In this document: one piece after another, positions 1 through 11,975 of the stretch
Numbering within the stretch: the stretch's first letter is position 1
Layout: each line of letters begins with the position of its first letter
NCBI GenBank assembly: GCA_047967505.1
Contig: CM106538.1
DNA length: 64,000 nt
Reading direction: 5' to 3' (one strand)
Source of the DNA: Dipteris shenzhenensis
Lineage: Eukaryota
Program-made: the position numbers and the translations under genes
The notes under the pieces: generated by a model
The model's input: only the letters and a program-made list of their open reading frames with translations
Database searches by the model: none
What the model was told of the DNA's origin: nothing

Positions 1-3000
1 CTCCGTCGTCTAGAAATAAAGCCTCTGTGTAAGATCATCCTGCGGTGCTGCCGGATCATGTCATATGTACATCCTCGGGGTGGAACCATCGGTGCTCTCT
101 GGCAAGATGGGCTATCTCTGTGCTCATGGTCCTGCGCCTCGTCCTGCTCCTCATGAATAACCAGGTCTCTGACAGGGATGCGACGGTGCTCTCTGAGGAA
201 TCTCTCTCTGTATCTGGTGATCTCCCTGATGAACAACGCTAAGCAATACTGATCCTCATACTCCATAATCCGAGAGAGAGGTCCAAATCCGTGCCCAAAT
301 AAACAGTGAAATCTGCCACGGATCTCATAATATAAAGGGCATCTGCAAACAAAGTGCTCCTCAGTCTCCACCTCCCCCATAGTGCAACAAGGGCATATCC
401 TAGTCTCTCGCCTGGGTCTATGTCCGGTAGCTGTACGACGCATCCTGCCGGCCTCAACGTCTAATCTGTGGGAAGATACCCTGAGCTGCTGGCCCAAGGC
501 AATCCTGAGTGAGTGCGACATATGAACACCGATATATCCTGGGGATATGATGAAGCCATCCTCTGAAATCCTGAGAAAATGGTCACGATATGTGGCCATC
601 TTCGTAGGAAGCTCCGTGGGATGAACCCAAGTGCGAAACGTCTGTAGCTGCAACAAATCTGCCCTGATAACCTGGCTGAGCTCATGTCGAGTGAGAGGGA
701 GGCGAGGGGCATCTATGCTGTATCGAAATGGTGGCAGCCTATCCATATCCAAGCCCAGCGAGGTGAGCCATGTGGAGAGTGTGTGGTACCAACAAAAAGT
801 ATGACCTCTCTCCGCTAACATCTGCGAGGATGTCAGTGCTAGCCACGGTAATCGTGCTCTGCCTACTGCTGAGTCTCCGAGCGCCCTGATCCTGTAACTG
901 ACTGAAATGCTGCATCTAGCGCTAGGGGTGTAGCTCCGAACTCTGCGAACGTAATCTGATGCGGTACCGTGGGCTTCGCTCTGATCAATCTGGAGAACAT
1001 GATGATCTGTAACCTCTCTACTCGTCTCCAATCTGCAACATTGAGATCTCCTGCCCAAAAGGGGCTAGCATACATGACTGCAGGTCTCACCAGCGTATCG
1101 AAAAGTAAGGACTTCGTGTCGGGATGCTGAAAATGTGACTGTGCACACTGCCTCTCGAGAAGAGCCAAGGCGGCATACCCTCTACTGATCCTATCTCGTG
1201 CTCCATGCGTCATGGTGAAGACTGGACCTCTAAATGTGGCACCCAAATATGTATACTCCCTGACTAGCTCCACCTCCTGCCCATCAAATGTGAAAGAGAA
1301 CTCGCCTCTCCTATAAACCTGGTATGACGTGTTAAGGACCATGACTTTAGTCTTCCCAAGGTTTACAGACAACCCTCTGTCCTGACAAAAGCTGTGGAGT
1401 GCATGGAGATGTGCCTGTAAACCCTGCTGGGAGGAAGAAATAAGAACCACGTCATCTGCATAGAGGAGAATCGGTATCGTGGATCCTGCCAGTAAAGAAC
1501 CAGTACCACCCATCCTCTGTATGTACATCTCTAACTCATCGATATAGAGACCAAAGAGTGTCGAAGACAAAGGACACCCCTGCTTCACCCCTATCGTACT
1601 GCGTACTTCCGCCGACAGCCCCGCCCGTGTCCTGACTCTACCTGTGACTCTCTCATACAAGGCCATGATCGCCCATTGAATCTCCCCATTGAATCCCAAG
1701 TCACGAAGTCGCTGGAAGAGTCTGAAACGCGGCACAGTGTCAAATGCCTTTCTGAAGTCCACGAAGCAACAATAGAGCCGTTGCTTACGTGACTTCGCCT
1801 CCTCAATCAAAGCCCTGAGTGTGAAGATATGATCTAGAGTCGAGTGCTCTGCACGAAATCCTGCCTGCCCTCTAGCTCTCATGCCTGTCGCCTCGGCATG
1901 GTCATTTATATGTCCTTCTAGAATGGTCGCATAAATCTTGGCCATGACATGGCCAATCATAATGGTCCTGTAGTTCGACGCCTCCAAAGGATCCCCCGAC
2001 TTGTGTATGGGTACTATAGTATTTTCTAGCCAACTAGGTGGAAGACCTGTACAAATGGACTCGTTAAAAAGACGGGAGAGGACTGTAGCTAAGGCATCAA
2101 TCCCATGGATTACATACTCCGCTTGCAATCCATCATGGTCCTTAGCTCTCCCAGTCTTCAAACGATGAGCTGCTGCTCGGACACTATTGGATGAGAATAA
2201 GGCAGAGGAGGTGGGTCTAGGCACATGGGATAAGTCGATCTGTGGCTGGTCTGGAATATCATATAAAGTGGAAGTATAGGCAAGCCAAACCTGCGGGTCT
2301 GTAAGAGGAGTTTGAGATTTCAAGCGAAGGAATTTCTTCCAGAATTCCTTGGAATCACAGCTGAAAAGTAAACTTCTCAGCTCCTCCTCATTCCGGGCTA
2401 GAAATTGGCACTTTTTGCGTCACACCAAACGCTTGTAACTCTTTTTGGTCTCAATGAGGAGGGGAGACTTATCCTGTGTCTCAAGGCGAAGCTTCCTGCG
2501 GAGTTCTTTACACTCCTCATCATACCATCCATTACAAGGCACAAGACCGACTGGTGGAGGACGGGATGTGTGGCAAGTGACGGGGAAGGACTTGTGGGCT
2601 GCCGAGATGATGGAGGTATGTACAAGGTCCCACCGATCCTGTGTGGAGGGTAGGGCATCGAGAAGGTGCGGACGGAGAAGACCACTCAGGTGCTGGCTAT
2701 AAATATCATCAAACTGGTGGTCAAAATGAACCTCATAGTATGGCTGACGCTCATGATGTCTAGAAGGGGGGGCATGAGGAATCTGGGTAAGAATAAAGTG
2801 CAGACGTGCATGATCGGCTGAAGGCATAAAAGGGTCGACTGTGAGGTTATGTACAAAAGGGATTAAAGTCGGGGGACCCAAGACGTAATCAATGACGCTC
2901 GTACCACCACCCGCGAAGGGAAAACATGTGGCTGTGGATGAATGCGGCCACTGTCGAAGTCCATTATAAATGACCATGCCGTGCGATGAGAGAAGCTCCA

Positions 3001-3637
3001 ATAGGCGATGTCCCTGATCTGTCACCTCTACCCCTCTATCTGAAGATAAGCGTGGAAAACTCTCATCTGGGGCAGCTGGAACTAAGACTGGATCCTCAGC
3101 AAAGTCCAAAATCTCTGCCTGTCTGCCTGATGTCCTCGCGTTGAAGTCTCCTAAAAGGATGACCTCTCTGCGGCGTGAGTACTCCAATACATCGGCTGAC
3201 AAATCCTCAAAAGGTGACTGTCCTGGTCCATCTGAGGCATAACGAGACTGTCTCGGGGGAAAGTAGCATACTGCAATAAACAAGTCTCTCAGGGGGGGTC
3301 TCCTGATCCGTACCCAAAGATATCTGGCCCGATGGTCTCTCCTCATGACTGTGAGTATCGATCTGAGATGCTCTCTATAAAGAACTGCCACACCGCCAGA
3401 TCCTCTGACTCCTCCTGATCATCTAGTCTGCTGTCGAAAGACAGACTCCCAGGCATACCCTGTCACCTGCGGCAAGCCTCTCTCTGGGCTCTCATGGGTC
3501 TCTGTAAAGAAGACGATGTCCTGATCAAAAAAGGCCTCTCGTAAGTTGCCAGGCTGAGCTGTGAGGGAACCATTACAGTTCCAAACTGCGAAACTCAAGC
3601 TATCTGGCAGACTACGTGTCCCATAGGCCTCGTGTCG
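1..3637 (-). pseudogene. LINE ORF2 (EN-RT-CCHC), disrupted
   Basis: One frame from 3637 to about 895 with in-frame TGA at 3419-3421 and 2420-2422 (both compatible with CGA>TGA). A frameshift follows near 895, and the C-terminal region runs off the window at position 1. Confidence 0.88.
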
Positions 3638-4462
3638 TCAACTATGGGCTCCAGCCGGTCTAGATCGCATAGCTCCTATCAAAAGTCTGCCCTCTCTTAT
3701 CACGGCCCACTTGCCCTCACGACGGGCAACATCCCTCTGTGCAATGAGACGTCTATGCTCCTCCCACTGAAGAGTTGTAAGGTCCTCATCCATGTGAATC
3801 TGTGGATGGTCCCTCAATCTGGATCTCCTTCGTAATACTGTGAGACGGGCCTCAGCATCTCTGAATCTGATGATAAGTGGCTGGTGCCGTGCTGGATCCC
3901 GGCCCACTCGATATGCAGCTACTATGCCATGATCCTGAACTCCGAGTGTCCCAGATATGAAATCTGTCGCCTGATCCATGGCTGATCTCGTATCTGATCG
4001 CTCAACTCCGCGGATGCGGATGTTGAGGGCCTTCTGAGCTCGCCGCTGACTCTCGGCAATAGTCTCAGAGACTGTGGTCTGCTGGGCCTGTGGGGCTCTA
4101 CGCACAACGTCCACCCACTCTGAGGTCTTCTGTACCTCTGTCTGCAGTGTGGCCAACCTCTCCTCAACTGCTGCACTAGCTGGAGGAGCTACATGCAGCT
4201 GCTGGAGGCGATCATCGCATGCCACAACATGCTCCTGAATGCGTGCCTCCAGCTGCACTATGCGCTCAGCATGTGTCCGTAACTGGATGTCCCGATCAAT
4301 ATCTCTGGTATGAAGCTGGCGAATATGGGAGTCCTGATCACATCTATGACTCTCAACTGTCGATAGCTGATCAGTCAGTGTGTGTATCTGTGCTGTGAGA
4401 GACTGAATCGCAGCGCCCTGAAGTCTGCAAGTCTCCATGCACTGCATAACTAAATCTCTCAA
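3638..4462 (-). CDS. LINE ORF1 (coiled coil plus RRM/CTD-like nucleic-acid-binding domain), possibly 5'-truncated
   Basis: Heptad-rich N-half, then NIRIRGV, PLIIRF, IHMDEDLT and WAVIREG, typical of LINE ORF1 proteins. It lies directly upstream of the EN-RT frame. Confidence 0.8.
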   Translation of the reverse strand: MRDLVMQCMETCRLQGAAIQSLTAQIHTLTDQLSTVESHRCDQDSHIRQLHTRDIDRDIQLRTHAERIVQLEARIQEHVVACDDRLQQLHVAPPASAAVEERLATLQTEVQKTSEWVDVVRRAPQAQQTTVSETIAESQRRAQKALNIRIRGVERSDTRSAMDQATDFISGTLGVQDHGIVAAYRVGRDPARHQPLIIRFRDAEARLTVLRRRSRLRDHPQIHMDEDLTTLQWEEHRRLIAQRDVARREGKWAVIREGRLLIGAMRSRPAGAHS

Positions 4463-4464
4463 TC

Positions 4465-4466
<2 letters not shown>

Positions 4467-4508
<42 letters not shown>
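4467..4508. repeat. (AG)n microsatellite at the LINE 5' junction
   Basis: Perfect AG dinucleotide run, read directly. Confidence 0.98.
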
Positions 4509-4509
<1 letters not shown>

Positions 4510-4539
4510 CTTGATGATTGGATTCTTGGTTCCCCAGGT

Positions 4540-5040
4540 TTGTCAGCCTATCCCTTGAAGCCGTCTCACATTACGATATCTTCTTTGTATAAAGTTTTGC
4601 TGCCCCCAACTTGGGCTTCAGATAAGGCAAATCAACTCTAGCGCATGAATCGCCGAGCAAAGTGGTGGCAGAAGAGATTGCGGTAGCTTTGGACTTCCAA
4701 AGTTCCTCTTCGGCAGCAAGTTTTCTTGTGGCGGGTGAGGCTAGGGGTTTTTCCATCTAGACAGCTCTTGGCAAGAAGACATTGCTCTAGTTGCTTGTCA
4801 CAGATGTATGGCTCCATGGGAATCTGTGCCTCATCTCCTTTGGCATTGTCCACACACCTGTGATTTCTTGGGTCTTCTTCGACAGCGCTTGAGAGCTAGA
4901 TTTCCTACTACTACCTTTGGGAAGCATTTGTGGCTTTTTGGGATTCACCCATGCAGACCAAGGTTTGAGTTGTTCTTCACTTGGGTTCGTTACTGGGCCC
5001 TCTGGACTCTATGAAAGAATAGAAATCATGGAGTCTTTGG
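4540..5040 (+). mobile_element. L1-type LINE 3' fragment (zf-RVT region)
   Basis: Translates to LWTSKVPLRQQVFLWRV and CHRCMAPWESVPHLLWHCP, the zf-RVT pattern of plant L1 ORF2. Confidence 0.65.
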
Positions 5041-5619
5041 TGATCCACTTTTTCTATTTTCCCTTTTTTCAGGCGCTCTCTGCAACAATCTTTTTTTTAA
5101 TTGTCTGTAAACCAAATACATAGACTACGATGTATATTTGTCATATAGTGAAATCTTCAGCTGATGTACTTTTGCGCTCGCCATTCTACAATTTCCACCC
5201 AAAAAAAAAAGTGTGTTTCAATCACATTATTTTCGTTCAAGCTCTAACTTTTCGTGAAGACCATACAATTTCATTTTAGTCTCTCCCAAGCGAATCTAAG
5301 AACAAAAAAGAAACTTAGACAATCTAGATGATAGGCTGACGCACCACTTAAGATATCCTCTTCATCTACTGAGGATCCTTTGCCAACCTAGCAGACTGTT
5401 GACGAGTAAATATGCCGACCTTCCACTGACCAACTGACCCACATCTAGGGCCAGCCTGTGCATAGTCTGCCGCAACTGCAACCTGCTCCAGGCCCTGCAA
5501 AACCTCCATATCTTCTGCTATTGCTGACATACTATTGGAGATTCTCTTTGGCTGCCATGTGAATGTCCTCCACCCAGCTAGATGCTTAGGAGACACGTGC
5601 ACTTGCTAATATTAAAACC

Positions 5620-6610
5620 GATTTTGCTCATGTATTTCCTTCCAAGTTACTGCTTGGTCTACCACCCCTTGGGACAGCAAGTAATCAAACAGAATTAGTT
5701 CCAAGAGCTCAGCCTGTAAGCATGGCACCTTATAGGATGAGTCAAATGGAAGAGGATGTGATATCTCAACAATTCTCGGACGATTGGGGCGAATTAGAAA
5801 AAGTAAATCTCTCGGGGGTGTTACGATGCTATTAAAGCACAAAAAGGATGGAAGCTGGAGGATGTGCGTAAATTACAAAAAAGTTGAATAAAATTCCAAT
5901 CAAGAATCAATATTCCCTTCCTAGGGTGTAGAGGGATGACTTGATTAATAGGCTGCAAGGAGCTACCTATATTACGAAGATTGACCTTCGTACTAGCTAC
6001 CACTAGATACACATAACTGAGGAAGACGTCTATAAGACGGGATTTCAGACTAGGTGTGGCCATAATGAGTTCTTAGTACTCTCTTTTGGACTCATTAATG
6101 CTCCTGCGACCTTCCAGCATATGATGAAAGATGGTTTTTGTGAATATCTGGGAAAATTTTTAGTGAATTATATTTTGGTAAACAGTCATTCAATTGATGA
6201 GTATGTTGAACATCTCTGCATTGTGTTAGCAACACTAAAGCATGAGAAGTTGTATGCAAGGAGTCTTAAGAGCGAGTTCTTTCTAAAGAACTCATGTAGA
6301 TTGGACATAAAATTTCCCAAGACGGCATGAGCATTGACATGGTTAAAAACTTGGCGGCATTATCTATATGGAGCCAAGTCTGTTGTATTGATGAACCATG
6401 AGTCTATCAAATACATATGAAATGTGGTGAAATGCCAGCACTGTCAAATAATAGCACCTTAGGGCTAGAGGATTGTTGCATTTTCTATACATCCCTAGAA
6501 ATAAATGGAAAAGTATTTCCATGGACTTCATTGTTACCAGGCACCTAGCAGGGCCATGGTGCTCTTTGTGTTGTGGTAGATAGATTGACGAAGGTGGCTA
6601 TTTTACCACA
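5620..6610 (+). mobile_element. Decayed Ty3/gypsy pol fragment (RT plus integrase pieces)
   Basis: KKDGSWRMCVNY, KIDLRTSYH, FGLINAPATFQ, WKSISMDFIV and VVVDRLTK motifs, with stops and frameshifts. Confidence 0.8.
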
Positions 6611-6823
6611 AAGATAGCTGCAAAGGCTGGCTCATCAGTTTCAGTTGTCCAAGCTATATGGGTTGGGAATAAGTAACGACTCAATTTACAGGTGTATGCT
6701 ATACATATCTGCTTTTACCATTTTCAAATACTAAGGAAAGTTGATGAGATCTAAGGAACTGAGCATCTACTGACCAAATGAAGCAACCTATACATAAACC
6801 ATTCGATTTTAACACAAGCTCAC

Positions 6824-7017
6824 CTGCCACGAGTAAGAACCATTGGACACAGACAATCTCTTGTCAAGGACATTGTGAAACTTTGCAAGATCACAGGATT
6901 GAAATTCAAAAGCTTTGGGTACAAGTCTATTGGGCTCAAGGTCCCTGAGGTTATAATGACAGATTGAAATCGCTCAAAGACAGGCTTGATTGCAAGAGAT
7001 GCATCAAGGCAACTAAG
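6824..7017 (-). CDS. XPD: XPD coding exon 4 (194 nt); later exons lie beyond position 1
   Basis: A pyrimidine-rich acceptor tgtgcag| gives [34 protein letters not shown]...CPMVLTRG (helicase motif III, TSGTL) and ends GGC AG|GTGAGC. The expected next peptide (SDQLPVSTKF) was not found in 1-6823. Confidence 0.95.
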
Positions 7018-7619
7018 CTGCACATTGCACACAAAGAACAAAAAAACTGCATCAGTTCTGGAGTCATAACAATCACCTGAACTGAATGTGGAGCTTCTGC
7101 AGTAACAGGAATGCAAAATTATAAACTAGAAGCTTACAAAGCCTCATACGACAGAATCTTCCAAAATTCCCAAATTAATCTTTCTTAGATAATAAAAGAA
7201 ATTAGAAACCATGAAAACTCTCACAGTGTGCATTACAAGTACAAAGCCTACAGCACAATTGAAAACGTGAAGTAGAGAGTGTTGTGAGAAGATGGACACC
7301 GTTTTGAGATTCCTGCTGGTTTCTTTTTCTTTTCAGACATCACAGTATTATCACAGTTACAAAGATTTACTACTTTCTAAATCGATGGCACCTAATGGAC
7401 ATTGTTCACCCTAAATATACCTTGACATTGAATCTTCCCAGACTTACCATGAGAATAAAAAGTGCAGTTTCCAACTAAACACATTTACCCACATGCTCTG
7501 CAATTCAGGATAAATCATATATGGACATGTCCTGGAAAAAACATGCAGATTTGATCATCCTCGTATGACAAAGTGCTAGACAAACACATTCCTCATGTGG
7601 ATAGCAAGTGTTGTCAGCC

Positions 7620-9905
7620 CGTAATGATGCTGGGGTCTCTTTCCTGAAAAGAGAGTTGACTCATACTCATATGGTCTGTGTCTGGGCACCTCACTAAACT
7701 TCAGGATTTGAGAGAGCAATTGTTGAACATTGATGAGATCATTTTTCCCTTCAAGAAGGATGGTGCAGTACGAGCTGTTGCCAAGGTTGAGAATGAAACA
7801 AGCCTCCTACGCACAGATAGAGGGGGGGAGTATATGTCTCATGAATTTGAGGCTTATTTGAAAGAGAAAGGCATCACACATCAGCTTACAGTGAGGCTTA
7901 CCCCTCAGCAAAATGGCAAAGCTGAGCGAAAGAATAGACTTCTTATGGAGATGGATAGATGCATGCTCACAAGCGAAAAATTGCCTCACACGGCTTGGTT
8001 TGAGGGTCTCTCGTATGCAAACTATATTTTGAAGCGGGCTCCCACTAAGGCTTTGAAAACAAAGACTCCTTATGAAGTTTGGCATGGGAGAAAACCTTCA
8101 GTGGAACATTTTCGTGCCTTTGGATGTGTTCAATACGCCCATGTGCCTATTGAGTTTTGACAGAAGCTGTCCGACAAGGCCACTAAGTGCATATTTGTTG
8201 GCTATAGTGCACAGAGCAAAGGTTACCGTCTCTACAATCCTACTTCACGCAACGTTTTTGTCAGCAGAGATGTAATCTCTTCAGAAAATTCAGCACATAC
8301 ACAAGCTGAATTTAATGTGCCTGCTTCTTCTACATCAAGTGATGTTTTTGAGGGATTAATACCCATTGCTTTGGGTTCCGCTTCTGACATCCTTGCTGAA
8401 AATCAGAATTTGCAGCAAGCTCCTCAAGTTCCACATGCCCAAATTCAACCACTGGCTGATTTAGTTCCTCCACAGGCAGTAGAAGATGCTGTCAGGCAAG
8501 AGATTACAGAAATACACGCAGTCAAATCGGTTCCCAATTGGCTGCTCCAAACTCTCAGGGAGAATAAGCTTGATGCTCCTTTGCCTAGCAGAACTCATAG
8601 TGCAGCAAGGGAAGAAGGGGGGGCTCTTTCTATTGAATCGGCTTATGCAGGTACTCTTCTTCATGAGGAAGAGCTTGATACTTTTGAAGAAGCTAAGGAC
8701 AATGTGCATTGAATGAATGCCATGCAAGATGAGTTGCAGTCCATTGAGAAAATTCAGACCTGGAATCTTGTGGATTTGCCACCGTGCAAGAATGCCATAG
8801 GTATCAAATGGGTTTTCAAAGTTAAAAGAAAATCAGATGGATCCATTGACAGGTACAAGGCATGGCTGGTTGCAAAAGGCTATGCTCAAAAAAAGGGTAT
8901 TGATTATGAGGAGACATTTGCTCCTACTTCTAGGATGACCACTATCAGATCAGTTATTGCTATGGCTGCCCATTTTGATTGGAATGTTCATCAATTGGAT
9001 ATAAAAACAACTTTTCTTAATGGAGACTTGTTGGAAGAGGTCTATGTCAAACAACTTCTTGGCTTTGAAATTTCGGGTAATGCACATAAAATTTGCAAGC
9101 TAAATAAAGCTTTGTATGGGCTGAAACAAGCCCACTCCAAGATTGATGCCTTTCTGTCCAGCAAGGGGCTTCATAACAGTCCAACTGAAAGTACCCTCTA
9201 CATCAAGAAGGATGGGGGGGGATATTTTGGTCATCATTCTTTATGTAAATAACATGTTGTTCACAGGGTCACATGAAGAAAAAATTGCAGATTTCAAAGC
9301 TGAATTGAAAGCTATATTTGACATGTCAGATTTGGGCATGTTATACTTTTATTTGGGGATCTAGTTTATTGTCTCAATCCAAGTATGTGTAAAAGCTCTT
9401 GGATCGGTTCAACATGCACGATTGCAAGCTTATAGCCACTCCCATGGACCTAGGGCTGAAGCTTACTATGTATGATGCAGGTGAATCAATAGATGCCACA
9501 CTCTACAGCCAGGCTATTGGATGCCTCATTTACTTGTGCAAACATGGCCCGATATTCAGTTTGCAGTATCTCACGTGAGCAAGTATATGCAAAGCCCAAA
9601 GACAGCACATTGGCAAGCTGTAAAACGCAAGGCACAAAGTCCTATGGCTTGATGTTTCCAGGGGGGGTGACTTGCAAATGCATGCTTAAAACGATTCAGA
9701 TTGGGCTGGAGATTATGACACGAAGCAGTCCACAAGTGGTAATTGTTTCTTTTTGTTGTGGCTACTTCCTCATGTGAAGCTGAGTATAGGACAGCTTTCA
9801 CAGCAATAGTTGAAAGTGTATGGCTACGCCGCTTATTTGCTGATCTTCACCTATCATTGGAGGGTACTTCTCCAATTCTCACTGATAGTCAGAGTGCTAT
9901 AGTAT
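7620..9905 (+). mobile_element. Decayed, internally deleted Ty1/copia (family A)
   Basis: Integrase LRTDRGGEY/PQQNGKAER, RT YKAWLVAKGYAQ/HQLDIKT/LYGLKQA and RNase H SSCEAEY, with multiple stops, frameshifts and deletions. Confidence 0.88.
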
Positions 9906-9909
9906 TCAG

Positions 9910-10560
9910 GCCTTTGTTGGTCCTGAGCCTGCTTGAATCTCTCCTAGCATTCCCGGACTAACCGTTATGTCTTTGCCAGGTGTTTCTTTTCAATGGTTGG
10001 GTCGGCGTATTCATTTTGGCCAACTGGCTTATGTCTCATCTACGGTGCTGTGTTTCACCTACCCTAACCTTATCCTCAAGCCATGGCATGGTGGGGTTTA
10101 TGATAGACCATGTAGGACCTAATGAGGCTAAGGTGGAGACCGTTGCAGTCTCTTCATCCAAACCACTCTAGATGACAACCCGCCGATCTAAACTTTTTCC
10201 TACCTTAACTGTACTAGCTACGCCTTTGCCCTCAGATTGGGAGGCAATTGCCTTCCTCATGGGGAAATCCTTATACAGATGATCCGCCCCACAACCAGAA
10301 CACAAAGGAGTACTTCAATTGGGTGCGGTAGGCTCAGGCACAAGTTGATCATCCTTGTATGGGTAGTCTTTAAGGAAGTGAGGTCCTTGACATTTATCAC
10401 ACGCTATAGCCTGGTTGGCAGTTGCTTTGTATGGACGCTCACTAGCGTGGTGCGAACGTTGTCCAGTATAACATTGAATTTTCGATCTGCGATTCACGAT
10501 GTTCATGTCTCTCACTCGCTGCATTGTAGGAGCCGTTTGATACAACCAATGTGAGTTTGT
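9910..10560 (-). mobile_element. Probable retrotransposon gag fragment
   Basis: Degenerate zinc-knuckle-like CDKCQGPHFLKDYP; otherwise weak. Confidence 0.35.
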
Positions 10561-10599
10561 TGCCCCTGTGCCCAACCAATGTGAGTCCGTTGCCCGAGC

Positions 10600-11008
10600 A
10601 TACGTCCCTCTTGATCTCTGACCTCTAGGTGCCACATAAGGGACTGGCGCTCAAACTGGTCTCTGCATCTCAGCAAAGCACGAATGAGACCCCCTGCTAG
10701 TCTCTGCCAAACCCTGTGAAGACTCCTCATTAGGGGGGAGTCCTTCCCCGTAAGGGGGGCCTCTAAGAAGATCCATCTATGTGAAGGCTGCCACTGTCCC
10801 CCGGTGCGTGGGGTGTTCCTCAGAAGCCCTCATTGTAAGAGGAGCTTCCAAGGCTCTACACCTGGGGTGAGGCCACGAACCACCAACTTGCCCAGAAGGG
10901 CCCTACTCTGCATCTCCGAATCAATGATACCCAAGCCTCCCAATGCCTGCGGCATGATCACCGTCTGCCAAGCTACTCGAGCCCTAGTGTTTCTCGTGCC
11001 GTCTGAAC
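10600..11008 (-). mobile_element. L1 LINE ORF2, 3' part (split by the copia insertion)
   Basis: RARVAWQTVIMPQALGGLG motif. The frame continues from NLLWAGS on the other side of the copia. Confidence 0.85.
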
Positions 11009-11744
11009 TGTTGAGAATAGGCATCTCCAGGAGTGGCTGGCCGACCAGCTCCCACGCAGCAAGGGGGGCCAGAGGGGGTAGGCTGGCCGACCAGCCAGGC
11101 TTTGGCCGACCAGCTGGTCGGCCCAGTTGGCTGACCGACCAGGCTGGTCGGTCTAGGCAATCTGGCCGACTCCCCCATGGCCTGCCCTATAAAAGGGACT
11201 CCTTCCCTTCACTTCCTTTACCACTCCTTGCAGCTCCTCAAGGCTCCAGCACACAGCCTGCTCCTGACCATCCCCTCAGAGCCCCCTCTCAGCTGCTCAG
11301 TTGGCTGCCCACACTCCCGCAGCAGATCTTGCCTCTTCAGGGCTCTTGCCTCCTCGCTCCAGGCCTCTACAGTTCCCTTGTTCCAAGGTTCCTGCCTCTT
11401 CACCCAGGCTCCTTCAGCCTCCTCTTCTCTAGGCTCTTGCCTCCTCAGTTCAGGCTCCTCTAGCCTCTTCACTCCAGGCCCCTGCCTCTTCGTTTCAGGC
11501 TTCTCCTGCCTCCGTGCTCTCAGGCTTCAGCTTTCTTGTGCCCCCCCTTTCCTTTGCTTCAGTTCAGCCTCTCCTGCAGCTCCTGTTTTCTTATCTTATT
11601 CAAGATATCTTGTATTTCAGTTGCTGCCCTGGTTTAAGGGCTGATTTACAGCAGATCAATTGTGGCACATTTTGTTATCTCTAGTGTTCTCTGTATGGCT
11701 CTATAATTTCAGTTTGTTTGCATCTTCCGCTGCCATTTTTAATA
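11009..11744 (+). repeat. 5' LTR of the young copia
   Basis: Starts TGTTG, ends TTAATA, and is followed by the PBS. Confidence 0.95.
11040..11194 (+). promoter_or_regulatory. LTR promoter: cluster of seven RCCGAC (DRE/CRT-like) cores plus TATA box
   Basis: RCCGAC at 11040, 11086, 11105, 11117 (rev), 11134, 11147 (rev) and 11165; TATAAAA at 11188-11194. Repeated in the 3' LTR. Function is inferred. Confidence 0.6.
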
Positions 11745-11975
11745 TGGTATCAGAGCACCAGAATACTCTCTGATCTGGGAACTTCTATATTGATGAAGTT
11801 GAAGAAGTTTGTCCTCGTCAGCAACTCTCCTTCCCACTGACTACAGAGCTCTCTTCTCCCCTCCCTATATATATTTTTTTTTGCTGCCTGTCGGCAGCCC
11901 TGTTCTAGACCTTGATCTTTTCACCAGCCCCGTTCTCTTCAGCCCCTTGTTGCTGTCCACTCCCTGGTTTCAGTT

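Larger units (their letters stand above)
1..4466 (-). mobile_element. Non-LTR retrotransposon (non-L1 LINE, RTEX/L2-like; clade uncertain), near full length, 3' end outside the window
   Basis: ORF1 followed by ORF2 with AP endonuclease (WNCNG, FTETH, GDFNAR, SVIDY, SADH), RT (NYRTI, DFRKAFDTV, GVKQGCPLS, LLYADD, YLG) and a C-terminal CCHC (RICPCC..ETEEHFVCRCP). Its 5' end abuts a (TC)n tract. Confidence 0.9.

Noticed and set aside
5340-5610. 78-aa minus-strand ORF as candidate XPD exon 5
   Set aside because: No frame I examined resembles the expected SDQLPVSTKFDMR peptide, and I recognise no family.
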